Source of the DNA: Macrostomum lignano
Lineage: Eukaryota
Assembly (NCBI GenBank): GCA_002269645.1
Contig: NIVC01000558.1
Coordinates: 310,001 to 374,000 of the forward strand
Length of the DNA: 64,000 bases
Direction of reading: 5' to 3'
The notes below the pieces were generated by a model. It ran no database searches. It saw only the letters and a list, made by a program, of their open reading frames with translations, and was not told the origin of the DNA. Within the stretch, counting starts at the first letter, position 1. Each line of letters starts with the position of its first letter. Positions 45,121-57,644 of this stretch are shown here, in pieces. The position numbers were made by a program, and so were the translations under genes.

Positions 45121-47359
45121 CTGGACTACTAGCTTTCTTAGCCATTTTTCCTGTATTCTAAGTCCATGGTCAATAGTCACTTGGCAGAAAACTTTCTGTG
45201 CACAACTAAATCCCCCCAAAAAGCATATTTATTTATTCTACAATATCTAGAAAACTCTATTGCCGTTGTAAGTTGTTATGCGGCTTCTCTCCCAGCTGAA
45301 ACTGCAGCCATGCATGTACAATCTAGACTATTCCATCCCTAGGCCGTGTGTAATTTACGGTTAAGTCAAGACCATTTATTTGAAGGCCTAATCTCTCTTA
45401 AAAATGTATTTGCAATATTAGGGGAGTCACATGAAGTCAGCAGGTGTTGGTTTTGAAGCGGATTTATTCACAAATCGACTCGTACTTTGCTGTAATGTGT
45501 TCTGTGGATGTATTTTTCTATTTGAGTTTGTTTGTATCCGTCTAAGATTGTCCATGGTAAAGCCATATTTCATGTTATGCATTTTGCAAAAAAGTCCGTT
45601 TAGAGAACGCACAGTACATGTACTTTACTTTTCTCCACTTTTAGTACAGGTTATTAAACGGAGTTTTCCAAAAAAAACTTTGTGCATGTTAGAAGTGAGA
45701 TACTGAAAATTCAATAGTATGCTAAAACTCGTTGATATGAAACAGAATAGTTCCTGTCTCACAATAACAAATAAACTTTTAGTGAGATTAGGCCTTCATA
45801 GGAATTGTCTGTAGAATACCGGTGTGTGAGGTTCTGATGCAACTATATAGTGATTATTTAGTAATCTATGAATTTCGCCAGTTAAAAATTGACTCCTAAT
45901 CTATTTTAATTGACAGAATTCAGTTTCTTTTTTAAATTTTCTGAGCATAGAGCTCTGCCATTTCACATTATATTGCATTAAATGTATAAATGATCTGCAA
46001 TATTATTTTTGTTGCAATAATGTTTTAAAAAAGTTCATTAATTCACTCTTTGTTTGATAAAAAATATCCATTGGCCATTTTAACTGTTTATATTGATCAG
46101 TTCATAGCTCATAGATAAAGTCCCTGTGAGTTTACTGGACCAAAATTTTTGTATAAAATGATAATGCTCATAATTAGACCAGTAATCCTGCAACACAGAA
46201 CATTTTCCAACTTTGCTAACATGGTTAAACTATACTACTGAATCAGAATATTTAAGTAGTGTTTTATGTATTAAACTATGAGTCCATTTGTTAAAGTTTC
46301 TTAAATAAACTTTTGAATTAGCTTCAAAAAATGCAGTTATTGGCAAACTAACACTTAAATGAATCAAGTAAGACAGGTGCATGATCTTATTAACAGTAGA
46401 AATAGCTCGTACCAAAGAAATTCCCTCCCTGGCAATTGTTTTGCTGCACCAGAACTGAGCAATGCAGGCACACGAAATTCAAGAAATTGGCCAATTTTTT
46501 GTTGTGCACTTTCTCAAACAAGAATCAAGTTGCTAGCCCTTTGGACAGTTGAGATATTTGACTATTCTGCTAGTAGGTTGAATTTTTCCCATAAGCGCCA
46601 GTGTATTCAGAATACCCCTGTTCGCCAATCAGCACTGCGACTCAGTGCAGCCTTGCCAAGCCTCTAAATTTCATCAGCACATCGATCACATGTGTCTGCA
46701 TCAGCCCTGACTTAGTTGGCAATAGGCCTTCACCCAGCCGGAGCTTCTGGACCTTCAGCAGGTGGCACAAGGTGACTATAACCACCCTGATGCAAATTTC
46801 TTGAGTTTTGCTGATTAGACCTCGGCAGTGAGCAAACCTCGCACGCGAAGGCGTATTCAGCATGCCAGTGAAGTATGAGACAGACTAGGCCCATGGGCTA
46901 AGGTCTGCGATGCTTCACGCCTGCCCCTATCTTCAGCAGGTCAAGGCTGGTGGGAGGTCTGCACCCTCTATTTGCCTCTGGCAGCCGCAGACCCCCCCCC
47001 CACGCTGTCTCGCAAGTCGACCCAGGGTACTCGTCCCCGCGTGTGTTCAAGGCAGTCCCTAGGGCTGCTGGACAGACTGGGCTCCGGCGCTGGCGACCCT
47101 ATCCAGTGGCTTCGGCCGAATTTGGGTATGCGGGTCTGGCTCGCCAACCTGCAGGCCGTGGTACTGCTCAACGTACTCTCTAATGCCTAAGGTGTTGACC
47201 GTGCCGATGGGCTGGAAGGCCGGGGAGTAGTCCGGTCGCAAGCGGTCCCCCTCCTGGTGTCGGGCCAGCCTTGAGGGTGCTATTGGCCTACTGCCCGGTC
47301 AGGTGGAGCGGCCGGGTGGGTACCGCGCCCCTTTGAGGGTAGCCCACCAACCTTTTATC

Positions 47360-48862
47360 ATGGCCTTCGAGCCGTCTATGGATAATCAAGCTAACTCTAG
47401 GGACGGGGACCCTTCTAAACCCCAACCTCAGTCCGAAGGACCGGCAGGCCCTGCTGGCAGATCCCAACCGACTGATTCAACTGTGGCAAAGGAAGGACCG
47501 GCTGGCTCTGCTGGCAGATCCGACCAGAGCTACCAAACTCAAAATACCCAAGGACCTGCCAGCTCCGCTGGTGGATCTAAGGGAACCGCGAGCTCTGAGC
47601 CTAAAGGACCGGCCAAATCTGGCAGATCCGATGAAGCTCAGCGGGCTCGGCTTGAGCGCAAACGCGCTAAACAACGCGCCAAAAGGCAGGCCAAGAAGGG
47701 AGCTGCGGGGCCAAAGCGGCGGCGTCCACCATGGATGCTGAAGCGACTGGCGTCCCAAGGCAACCAGACGGGCCGGCCGGTGGAAGCTCCGGTAGTTCAG
47801 CGGCGGCGCTCCCTGGAGATGCTGCTGCGGCTGCTGAGGCCGAAACCACGGCGCAACAAATGGCCACTGCCAACAAGGAGGTTCCTTCGGGAGCTACCTT
47901 TGCGGCGAAGGCCAAGGCCAAAATCCCGGGAGTGATCATCCAAGGTCGCGACCAGGACTGGACCACTGATCAGCTTCAAAAAGTGTGGAGTGCTGTTGAC
48001 TCCTATCTGATTGGCTGACTGTCGAGGAGGGAATCTCCATCGGCATTGAGCGGATGGTGCTGCGAAGCACATTCGTTCTTATTGCTCCTAGCAGCGAGGA
48101 GGACGCTCGGCAGCTGCTCCAGCGGCTACCACGGTCTCCTTGGATGCTGACCTTGGCGGAGCTCTTTTTCTTCGCGAGGGCCAGCGTCCAAAGACGATAC
48201 CCTATGTGGTTTTCGTCCCTGCTAAGAGCACCGCAGCTGGACCAGACGTTATTCGCCGGGTCCTACTGCGTCTGAACCCCGACCTCCCTGCTAGTGGACT
48301 GGTGTATCATCGTAAAGTCCGCAGGGGGGAGACGGGCAACTCAATTGTCCTCGGCCTTTCCAGCACTTGGGCGAGTCGGTACCCTAATGGATCCTCTTTC
48401 CAGCTGGGTGCCCTCAAGCTCAAGATGCGCCGAGGAAAGTCTGCCAAAGGGAAGGCTACTGCCAACCCCGGCATCTCCGGCAAGAGCGGGGCGCAGTCTA
48501 AGGCCCAAGGAAAGGCGCAAGCCGATCCCAAAGCCAAAGCTGCATCTCGCCCCTCTGCTAGCAGCAGTTCGGCGACCGCGGTAACGGCTCCGGCCAAGCC
48601 CCGGGAACCAAACCTGCCAGTCGGAGAAGGAGTTGAGGACGAGGCCGGGTCTTCGGAATCCGAGCTCTCCTCGGCCACCCTGGTGGGGTCTGAAGGTAAA
48701 GATGCAGGTGAGGAAGCTTCCTCCATCCTGTCATCGGAGCCTGAGGACTCTGCTGGGGGGGCCGGTGGGGGTGAGGAGGCCATGGACGTTGACCAACTCC
48801 CATCTCCCAGTCAAGCCCCAGCGGCCTGGGACGAGGACGATCTGTTGTCCAAGTCTCCTTGA
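47360..48862 (+). pseudogene. LINE ORF1, broken by about three frameshifts
   Basis: Pieces in ORFs 47303-47935, 47731-48018, 48054-48275 and 48140-48862 read as one continuous protein when the frame is shifted. Confidence 0.7.
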
Positions 48863-48901
48863 TGGCCCTGGGCTCTAGCCAGAAATTGCATTTAATACAG
48901 T

Positions 48902-51900
48902 ATGACTAAGCTCCACGCTGCCAAAGGAGCGACATTCTGTCTGCAAATTAATTTACAGCATTGCGTATCAGCGTCAGTAAATCTGATGAAGATTGCTGAG
49001 CTGTACAGGCCAGGCCTCATCCTGATCCAGGAACCCTGGATGCGCAACGGTAAGTTGCCCAACATTCCCTCTGGCTACTCTGATTTTTATGTGTGTGGCC
49101 CGGGGAACAGCCGCCCTAGAGCGGCTATCCTCGCTGCTAGCCATCTCCACGCCTGGCTGAGGACTGATCTCTCTGATGGAGACCTTTGTGTCATCCAATC
49201 TAATCATTTCTCTCCGCGTTCGTGTCTTGTTGCCTCGGTTTATATCCCAGGCGACAGAGACCCTGCTCCTGAGAGTTTACTGCGCCTCGCGCAGTACTGC
49301 GAGTCCCAGAACGCTGAGCTGTGCTTAGGGGGCGACCTCAACGCGCACCACAAGCACTGGGGCAGCAAAGATACCAACACTAGAGGAGAGGAGCTTCTGG
49401 CCCTCATCTCTAACACAAACCTTATGCTCTGCAACCGCGGCAGCACTCCTACCTTTAATAATGGCAGATGGACCGAGGTCCTCGACGCCACACTCGTTAC
49501 CCCAAGACTCTTTGACAGAGTTGAGGAGTGGAGAGTCTGGTCTGAGGAGCCCTCCCTGTCTGACCACTGCTTTATCGCCTTTAACATCGCGGACACTAAA
49601 ACCCAGTCTCCGATCACTTGGAGACGCAATATCCGTAACACTGATTGGGCGGCCTACAAGGCTGCCCTTGACCTGCACCTGCAGGAACTCACGGACTTAC
49701 GTCCGATTGAGACCTGCGAGGATGTGGATCATATGGCTGAGACGCTGACAGGTTGCATTATTGAAGCCTACGAAGCGGCTTGTCCTGCTCGCGCCTACAA
49801 AGGCAAGACCTCGGCGCCGTGGTGGAACCCGGAGCTGGGGAAACTCAGGCGGAAGGCCAAAAGCCTTCATCGCCGTGCCATGAAGACCGGAAACCCGGAG
49901 GACATGGAGCTTTTCCGGCAAGCCTCCCGCAATTTCAAATCTGAAGTGCGCAAGGCCAAGGAATGTAAGTGGCGCCAATTCTGCAATGAATTGGATCAAG
50001 ACAGACCTACTTCTAGGCTTGTCAAGGCCCTTACAATGGACAAAATGTCCAAATTAGCCATGATCAAAAAAGATGATGGCTCTCTTACTAAAGACCCTGA
50101 AGAAGTGCTTCAGCATATGCTTAGCACATTCTTCCCGAGGGTACCTACTGCTAGACCGGAGCCCAACCATTCGATGGATGGAGCCACCCTAGCGGCGGGC
50201 ATTGTCACTGAAGACCTAATCGCTCGTGCGGTCAGAACCTTCAAACCTTTCAAATCTCCTGGACCTGATGGTATCTACCCTGTTCTCCTTCGTGAAGCAG
50301 CCAAGATACCCTCGTTCCTGAGACTCACCCGCAATCTTATGCGGGCCTCTATCCAGCTGGGATACGTTCCCAAATGCTGGACTGAAGCTCGGGTAGTCTT
50401 TATTCCCAAACCTGGGAAGGGTGACTACCAAAGCGTCAAGGCCTTCCGGCCTATTAGCTTAACGTCAGCAATGCTTAAGCTCACTGAGAGGCTTGTTCTC
50501 TGGCGGCTGCTGTCCTGCGAGCTGACAGCGATGCCCCTCAGCAATAATCAGCACGCCTTCCGTACCGGGAGGTCGACTGACAGCGCCCTGCATGCGATTG
50601 TCGAGAAGATTGAAAGGGCGGTACTGGGTGACGGTTACGCTCTGGCTCTCTTTCTTGACATTGTTGGCGCCTTCGACAACGTTATCTTTGAAGCGTTTCA
50701 GAGGGCCCTTCAAAATCGCAAAGCTCATGCTACCCTCATACGGTGGATCATGTACATGATCTCCAACCGTACGGTCACTGCCCAACTTCTTGGGCAAACT
50801 GCCTCCACCAGAGTCTGTAAGGGTGGACCCCAAGGCGGAGTCCTCACCCCGACGCTCTGGAACCTGGTCATGGACGCTCTTTTGAGTGACTCCCGACCCG
50901 ACCCCGTCTTCAAAGTCGGGTATGCTGATGACGTCACGGCCATTGTGGCAGGACCGTCTCCCAGCACGCTCAGGGATCTGATGCAGAGATTTATCCGCAA
51001 AGCAGAATCCTGGGCCAATGACAATGGTCTGGAACTCTCTGAGCCCAAAACCGTTGCCATTATGTTTACCAGCAGACTACGCTGGAACATACGTCCTCTG
51101 CAGCTCTACGGCAGAGATATTGCCTTCGCGCACCAGACCAGATGTCTCGGGGTCATACTTGACCACCGGCTCAACTGGTCCTCCACGTGAAAGCAAAAGC
51201 CAAGCGTGCCTCAGCCATCCTGGCCCAGCTCCGACGAGCACTTGGCACTTCTTGGGGTCTATCCCCAAAGCGGCTTTGGTGGATCTATACTTCTGTAGTT
51301 AGACCTGCCATTACGTACGCCTCTGTTGTCTGGGTTAGCGCTACCCAGGTCAAAAGCCATGCAGACCTGCTCAACACGATCCAAGGCAGAGCGTGTAGGC
51401 TCATCTGCAACGCCACCAGGTCCACGCCCTTTGCTGGCATGGGGGCCTTCCTTAATCTTCCGCCTCTTGACCTCTTCATCAGGGGTGAGGCGGCTAGAAC
51501 GACGTGGCGTCTAATTGATGCCGGCGTCAAATTCATTTACATGAGAGCACCTGCTAAGCGGAACCTTGTCCCGCATAGCGATCTGTGCCTCAACTTTCTC
51601 AACGAGTGTCAGGCCAATCGCGTCTTCACCGATGGCATTGCCTCAACGCTCAACCTGAGACAGCGCTACTCCGTAGCTATCGACTCGCGCGATAACATCA
51701 ATGACCATTGGAACCCTGGTGAGCTTCATTGCTACACCGACGGTTCTAAGCAGTCAGCCAACACCGGCTTTGGTGTTGGAATCTTTCTGAACGGGAGGGT
51801 CATCGCTACCCACGCTCAATACACTGGGGTCAACTCCAGTGTTTTCCAAAATGAAGTTCTGGCCATCAGCTCCTGCACTGCAGAGCTTCTCGCCACTGGC

Positions 51901-52641
51901 GTTACTGGTAAGAACATCATTTTCCATTCGGACAGCCAAGCTGCCTTGCACGCCATCAGTGGCTGCAGCACCAACTCTGCTACAGTCCTTGACTGTATCA
52001 AACTCCTCAATGTGTTGGGTTCCGCCAACAAAATTACCCTTAAGTGGGTTCCGGGGCATGTGGGGATCCGAGGAAATGAGTTGGCTGACACCCTTGCAAA
52101 AGTTGGTGCCTCCGGCTCCTCTCTCGGCCCCGAACCTCTTGTCCCGATTCCTGGCTGTGTCATCGACTCGCGCATCAAAGCGTGGATCAGGACTCAGCAC
52201 CGCTCGACTTGGGCGAACCGCACGAACTGCAGGCAATCCAGAGGCGCTGTCCCTCAGCCCTCTCACCAGCTCCGGAAGCTCCTCTTGCGCCTCTCGCGCA
52301 GAGACATCCGGGCTGCCACCATGACCCTCTCTGGTCACGGCTGCTTCTCCAGGCACCAGCACCTGCAGGGCAACGCCACCAACGCCACCTGTAGCTTCTG
52401 CAACTCAGGTGACGAAACCGCTGAGCATTTCGTCAGCATCTGTCCCGCCTTCACGCGGGCCAGACTCACTTACCTCGGGCCACACACATCTATTACTGAA
52501 GCGTGCAAACCCGAAAACTTTATTCAGCTCATGCGCTACCTTCGGGCCACCCGCAGGGCTGAACTCTCCTTTCCAGAGAGCACCATAGCTGCTGGCGACA
52601 CTGGGGGACCTCCCTGGGCGGCGCCAACCCTCCGTCCATAG
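48902..52641 (+). pseudogene. LINE ORF2 (APE endonuclease, RT, RNase H, CCHC) with one frameshift near 51185
   Basis: QINLQH/IQEPW/GDLNAHH/SDH (APE); FRPISL, LDIVGAFD, QGGVLTP, YADD (RT); YTDGSK, FQNEVLAI, SDSQAAL, KWVPGHVGIRGNELAD (RNase H); CSFC...H...C; one extra base at TCCTCC^ACGTG gives W-S-S-H-V-K. Confidence 0.93.
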
Positions 52642-54639
52642 CGACGCGTCGGCCGTTCAGGGACTAGCGGAATGGGCGCCCGCGCCTTCCCGCTGTGTCC
52701 CCTCCGGGACAGCCCTGCAGCTAAGTCAAGTAAGTCAAGAGCAAACCTCAACTGCTGGGCATCCTTAGCTAGTCTCTCAAGCATTCAGTTATCACCCGGA
52801 TGCCATTGGCACCTTCAACAGGTGGCATCATTTGACTATGGACATCCTGTTGCAACTGTGTTAGATTTTTATTATCAAGCTTCAACAATGGGCAAACTGT
52901 CTGGCAGAATCGTTGAATATCTCGATGGTCTGCAGGGCTGGTGACTTGACTCTAGTTTGAGAAGGTGCGCAGCAAAAAGTTAGCTTGTGTTCTTGAATTT
53001 CGTGCACCTGATTTGCTCCATTCTGGCGCAGCAAAAATTGTCAGGGGGAGGGGGAATTCCCCCCTTCTTGATTCTATGGGCGGAAAAATGGCTTGGTATT
53101 CCTACTGTTAATTTCCTATTGGACTATAATTGAAAATGGATAATTTAAATTCAAATAGTTTTCTATCAATACAATATATTTTGATCACAGCAGTAAAACA
53201 AAATGTTAGTTTGTTAGTAAACAAAAGAAAATGACTATAAATATAAAAGACAGAAAAATCAAGCAGCATTTTTCAACTTAAACAACTCAATAGGCTTTAG
53301 GCTAAATAAGCCTAGGCCTAGTGTAGTTTACATTAAAATTTTTACAATGTTTAACTAAGTTAAATCTAGAAAGAATATTAATTGACTTTATCATTTATTT
53401 GGTAAATTTCATAATGATAACATCCAATTTTTTAGCAATAAAATCAATGGGGGATGTTTTATTCATTTCACAAAATGGAGTGTGTATTTTCATTGATGTT
53501 GTGGTGTTAAAAAAATTTATGAAGTTTTTTAACTATTATATAATATGCTTGTACAAGGCAAAATTCTAAATAAATAAAATATAATACCTTTTGCTAAATT
53601 AGATTTTCATTTTGAGTCATAGACTTTATACCATTTTGTTATATGTCATTATTTATAACTTCTGCTTTGTTTGTATGTATCAAAAATATTTACGTTTTTA
53701 GAGAATGAGAAATGTGATGGAAAATATTAGTACTTTTAGGGCAGCCCTCAAAAGTCATACAGAGGGTGCATGGGTTGGTGTGTTGAGAATATAGAAACAG
53801 CTATAGCAAGAGCAGCTAAAATTTTCTGATCATAATCAAGTTCTGGCTATTTCTTTAAAAAATTATTATGCTTAAAAATTGTTTTTATCTAATTTAAAAA
53901 GATATGATAGAGCATAAAAATAATGGCTTGTCCGAGCTGAGCAAGAAGCTGGGCGAATGCCTAATGGGCTGCTTTGGTTTGGTTTGGTTAGGACGTCAGC
54001 AGTCATGAGGAGCCCTTATTCTGTATCTGAAGCAGAGAATTTTGAATAATTCCTTTAGTAATCGCCCTATAGCATTTTTTTGCTCCTAAAGGGCCCATCC
54101 TTCCAAAATATTTGGTGTACAGTATACACGAGTGTTAAAATAATTGAAAAACATTTCACTTAAATCCTTTACTGTAAAAATCCAATTAAGCACTATACTG
54201 TAAGTTGCTAAAATTGAGCTACACAGATAATACAAAAATTTAAAGCAAGTCGATGCCTGAAAAGCCGTTAAGGCGTTGTTCTTTTTTTAGCAGCACAACT
54301 GTCGAAAACCTGTTAAGATTTAATCGACCAAAAAAGTTTAGTTGAATTGCATCCCCGTTAAAAATGTGTTAGTAACAACTTGATAAAATGTATTGTATTA
54401 TATTAACGACCAAAAAAGTATTTTAGAAGATTTTAAAAAGCTTCATCAGTCTTTTAAAATACTTTTTCCAATAAATTAGCAAATATTTATATTTCTGTAG
54501 TTAAAGTAAGTGCCTTACTTAAAAAGATCATTTCCAAGAACCTTTGTCAGGATGCTTTTTAACGTTATTGTATATTCCGTGAAGAGGATTTCGAAGTATT
54601 GACATCTTTTTATTCTTTTCTCCTATATCTATTTTCAAA

Positions 54640-54705
54640 ATGGGACGCTTAAACGTAGATATTTTGCGCTATTTGTCCACAGAAGAAATGCGAGTCCTAA
54701 CAGCT
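54640..54705 (+). CDS. RIOK2: RIO kinase 2 exon 1
   Basis: MGRLNVDILRYLSTEEMRVLTA|GTAAGT, matching the RIO2 N-terminus [22 protein letters not shown] as recalled. Confidence 0.9.
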
Positions 54706-55427
54706 GTAAGTTTGCTGCTTGTTCCTGACTTCCTACTCTACTTTTCAGCTAAATATATGTAATAAGATTTAGATAAATTTCAAGCCTTCCTGTATGCTAA
54801 AATCCGTATCTAATAATATGTTTTAAAATATATTTCTTACTCGTATTTACAACACAAACCATATTGATAAAAAGATATTTAAAATTTTTTTTAATATTTA
54901 TATGGTTGTGGTTAATTTTACCACAAGCACAACTGTACTGTTATTTGGGTCTATGAGAATTTCCAGTAGGAGAGGTTTGGCTAGGCCTATGCAAGCTTTT
55001 CCCGCAGCAAGCTTTTCCCACTCCCCATACTCCAGATCATGTACTATATGCCTGAAATTTCAGGCATGCATTGGCCTCCATAGTCCGGAAAAGGGGTGGT
55101 ATGCCAGATTAATCCGGTGTACACTCAACTTTTGGCATATACTTGGCATACAATTTTTTACTTTTTGAAATCTGGCATACAAAAAAGGTTACTTTACGCA
55201 ATTAAAAAAAATAATTCATTGTCGCAATGTAAAAAAGGTCATTTATTGTCACAACACTGGCATAGATTTTGAAAGTGGGCATGCATTCAAAATTTGGCAT
55301 ACACTGGCATACTAAAAAAATTATGAGATATTTTAGTCCGGCATACATTCAGGGTGTTCCAAACTATGGATTGGCCTTGCACACCAAAATTAAGGCGTGC
55401 ACAGTTGGCATGTATTACTCCTAAGAA

Positions 55428-56140
55428 TGCCATACTTACAGACATGGTGACCATGTCTATAATGCAAAAAACTTATAAACATGGCGGCCCTGTCTCTAAT
55501 AGTGACTTGGCCTATACTTATAGACATGGCCACCATGTCTCTAAGTTTCGGCATTATAGGCATAGCTACCGTGTCTATAAGTATGGACCTAGTCACTATT
55601 AGAGACATGGCCGCCATGTCAATGAAATTTGCACTGTAGCCATGTTGTTAACATTGAATAGGTTCACACTTATAGACATGGTGGGTAGCCGTGTCTCTAA
55701 TATTGGAGCTTATAGGCATGGCTGCCATTGCTATGTATATAATCATTGATTAGATGAAAAGATCAATCAATTAAAAAGTTGGAATTTTTTTTTAATTTTT
55801 AATTTTTTAAACATTAAATCAATTTTAATTTTTAATAGTAACACAAAATCATTTTAAAGTGCGACCACACAATTCAATTTAATTTTTTAATCAAAAAACA
55901 TAAAAAGTTCAAGATGGAAAAATTTCTATTTGCTAAAAAATTCAAATAAAAAAACTCTGACCACTTGGAATTCAAACCTAGCTACATGCAATCATAAGGA
56001 ATCGACATATCCACTAAGCCACCACTTGCTTATGAGAGGGTCCTACAGAACACACGTTTTATATTGATGAATCGATGATTATAGCCATGTCTATAAGCTC
56101 AAATATTATAGATACAGCCGTCGTGCCTATAAGTACTCTG
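55428..56140. mobile_element. Possible degenerate MITE in RIOK2 intron 1
   Basis: Flanked by direct repeat TCCTAAGAA; right end reads CAGAGTACTT on the minus strand, left end degenerate; internal TATAGACATGG palindromic subrepeats. Confidence 0.4.
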
Positions 56141-57644
56141 TCCTAAGAAAATAGTATGCGTGCACACCTGGCATGCACTTTATACAATCACATGTAAGAG
56201 TTATTGTGAAATAGAAAAAAGATAAAAAAAGTTCATTTTAAGCATAAATTTCAAGCTTTCTGATTTTTTCAAGCTTATAAAAAGCATTTAAACAAATCTT
56301 TGCATGTATCCCATAGTCCAGATCATGTTAAGTGCATACCAGAATGCTCTGAACCAATGCATGCCAGTGCCAAGCAAATGCACACCAAACTAATAGTAAT
56401 ATATTACAGAAAAAATATGCAACTTTTTATGTTTAAAAAATGCCCTTCAAAAAACTTTTGTAGCATGCAAATATACAATGATTCTTTTTGGCACATTAAA
56501 ATTTATTTGTCATTTTTCAATAAAAATAGGTATGAGTTATTGTCTTTACAAGACCATGTCTTTTCACAAACTTTTGTCTCAACAAAACATGTCTCTCTAT
56601 CATGCTAGGCCTCATTCTATATCAGCTATTCCATGCCATAGTGGCATAGCATGCCAACATGCCACTTTTGGCATGTAATAGCCACAATTTTTAGGCCAAA
56701 CCAAATGCATGCCAATGTATGCCTTCTGGAGTATGATATGTATCAATTTTCTGCTACAGATAGTATCACCAAAAGAGCATAAAAATTAACCAAATTAATT
56801 GCTTATAAGAGTCTATTAGGCCTACACAATTTAAAAAAGGTCATTTATTGTCACAATGTAAAAAGGTCATTTATTATTGCAACACTGGTGTATTTTTGAG
56901 AATAGGTGTATGCACTAAATGTTTTTTGGCATGCATTTGTAATTATTCAATTTTTGTTTAGGCGTGCACTTAGCATGATCCCAACTATGGCTCACTCTTG
57001 AATGAGCTTTTTCCATTGGAGGTTTTCTTTTCTAGCTGAGCCTTTGTTACCAAGATTTTCCTATAGCAATGTTTTCTGCAAGAGTTTTCCTTGCCAAGGT
57101 TTACCTATAGGCCTAGGCCATAGTTTTGATTGTATATTAGTGTATGTCAGGTTGGGTAAGGGAAAAAGTATAGGACCATGTTTGTATGTTGGGACTAAAA
57201 CAAGTTTTCAACTATGGCTATGTACACCTTATTTATGCAAAGTAAAAAACTTAAAAATTATTCACTTTTGCAATGTGCAATGAAAAAATACAATTATAAA
57301 AGAAGTATTTTAATTTAAATACTTTTTATTTGCTAGAAATTGAAAGGCACAAAGTTTAAAATTGTTTTTTACCATTTTATGTTCTGTAATGATGGCATTG
57401 CATATAGTGTATTCTATTTAAAGTCAATTTTTTTATCCTAACATGTATGTAGGTATGTCATAAATGTAAGCCAAAATTTTTCACTATGTCATATACGCTA
57501 GGATATATGCTGATATATGTTGAAAAATGGCAAGTACTCTTATGTTGCCTTTCAAACTATGGCCTGCAGGGTGTTTCTAGTTATAATTTTAAGTCAAATC
57601 CAATCAGACCATGATGGAATTTTTATACAAATCCTAGAAGCATT

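Larger units (their letters stand above)
42255..45348. mobile_element. Candidate TIR-bounded unit: about 65-bp inverted repeats (42255-42322, 45281-45348) enclosing the GPCR gene
   Basis: CACGGCC(C)TAGGGATGGAATAGTCTAGATTGTACATGCATGGCTGCAGTT(C/T)CAGCTGGGAGAG at both ends in inverted orientation; flanks TGAA/TGTA match 3 of 4. Confidence 0.55.
46841..52738 (+). mobile_element. Full-length non-LTR retrotransposon with APE, RT and C-terminal RNase H (R1/LOA/I-group type)
   Basis: 11-bp TSD GAGCAAACCTC at 46830-46840 and 52739-52749; tail (TAAGTCAAG)2; ORF1 and ORF2 present. Confidence 0.95.

Noticed and set aside
41179-54639. GPCR and LINE nested in a CFAP221 5'UTR intron, with a promoter shared with RIOK2
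   Set aside because: No supportable upstream CFAP221 exon found; needs transcript data
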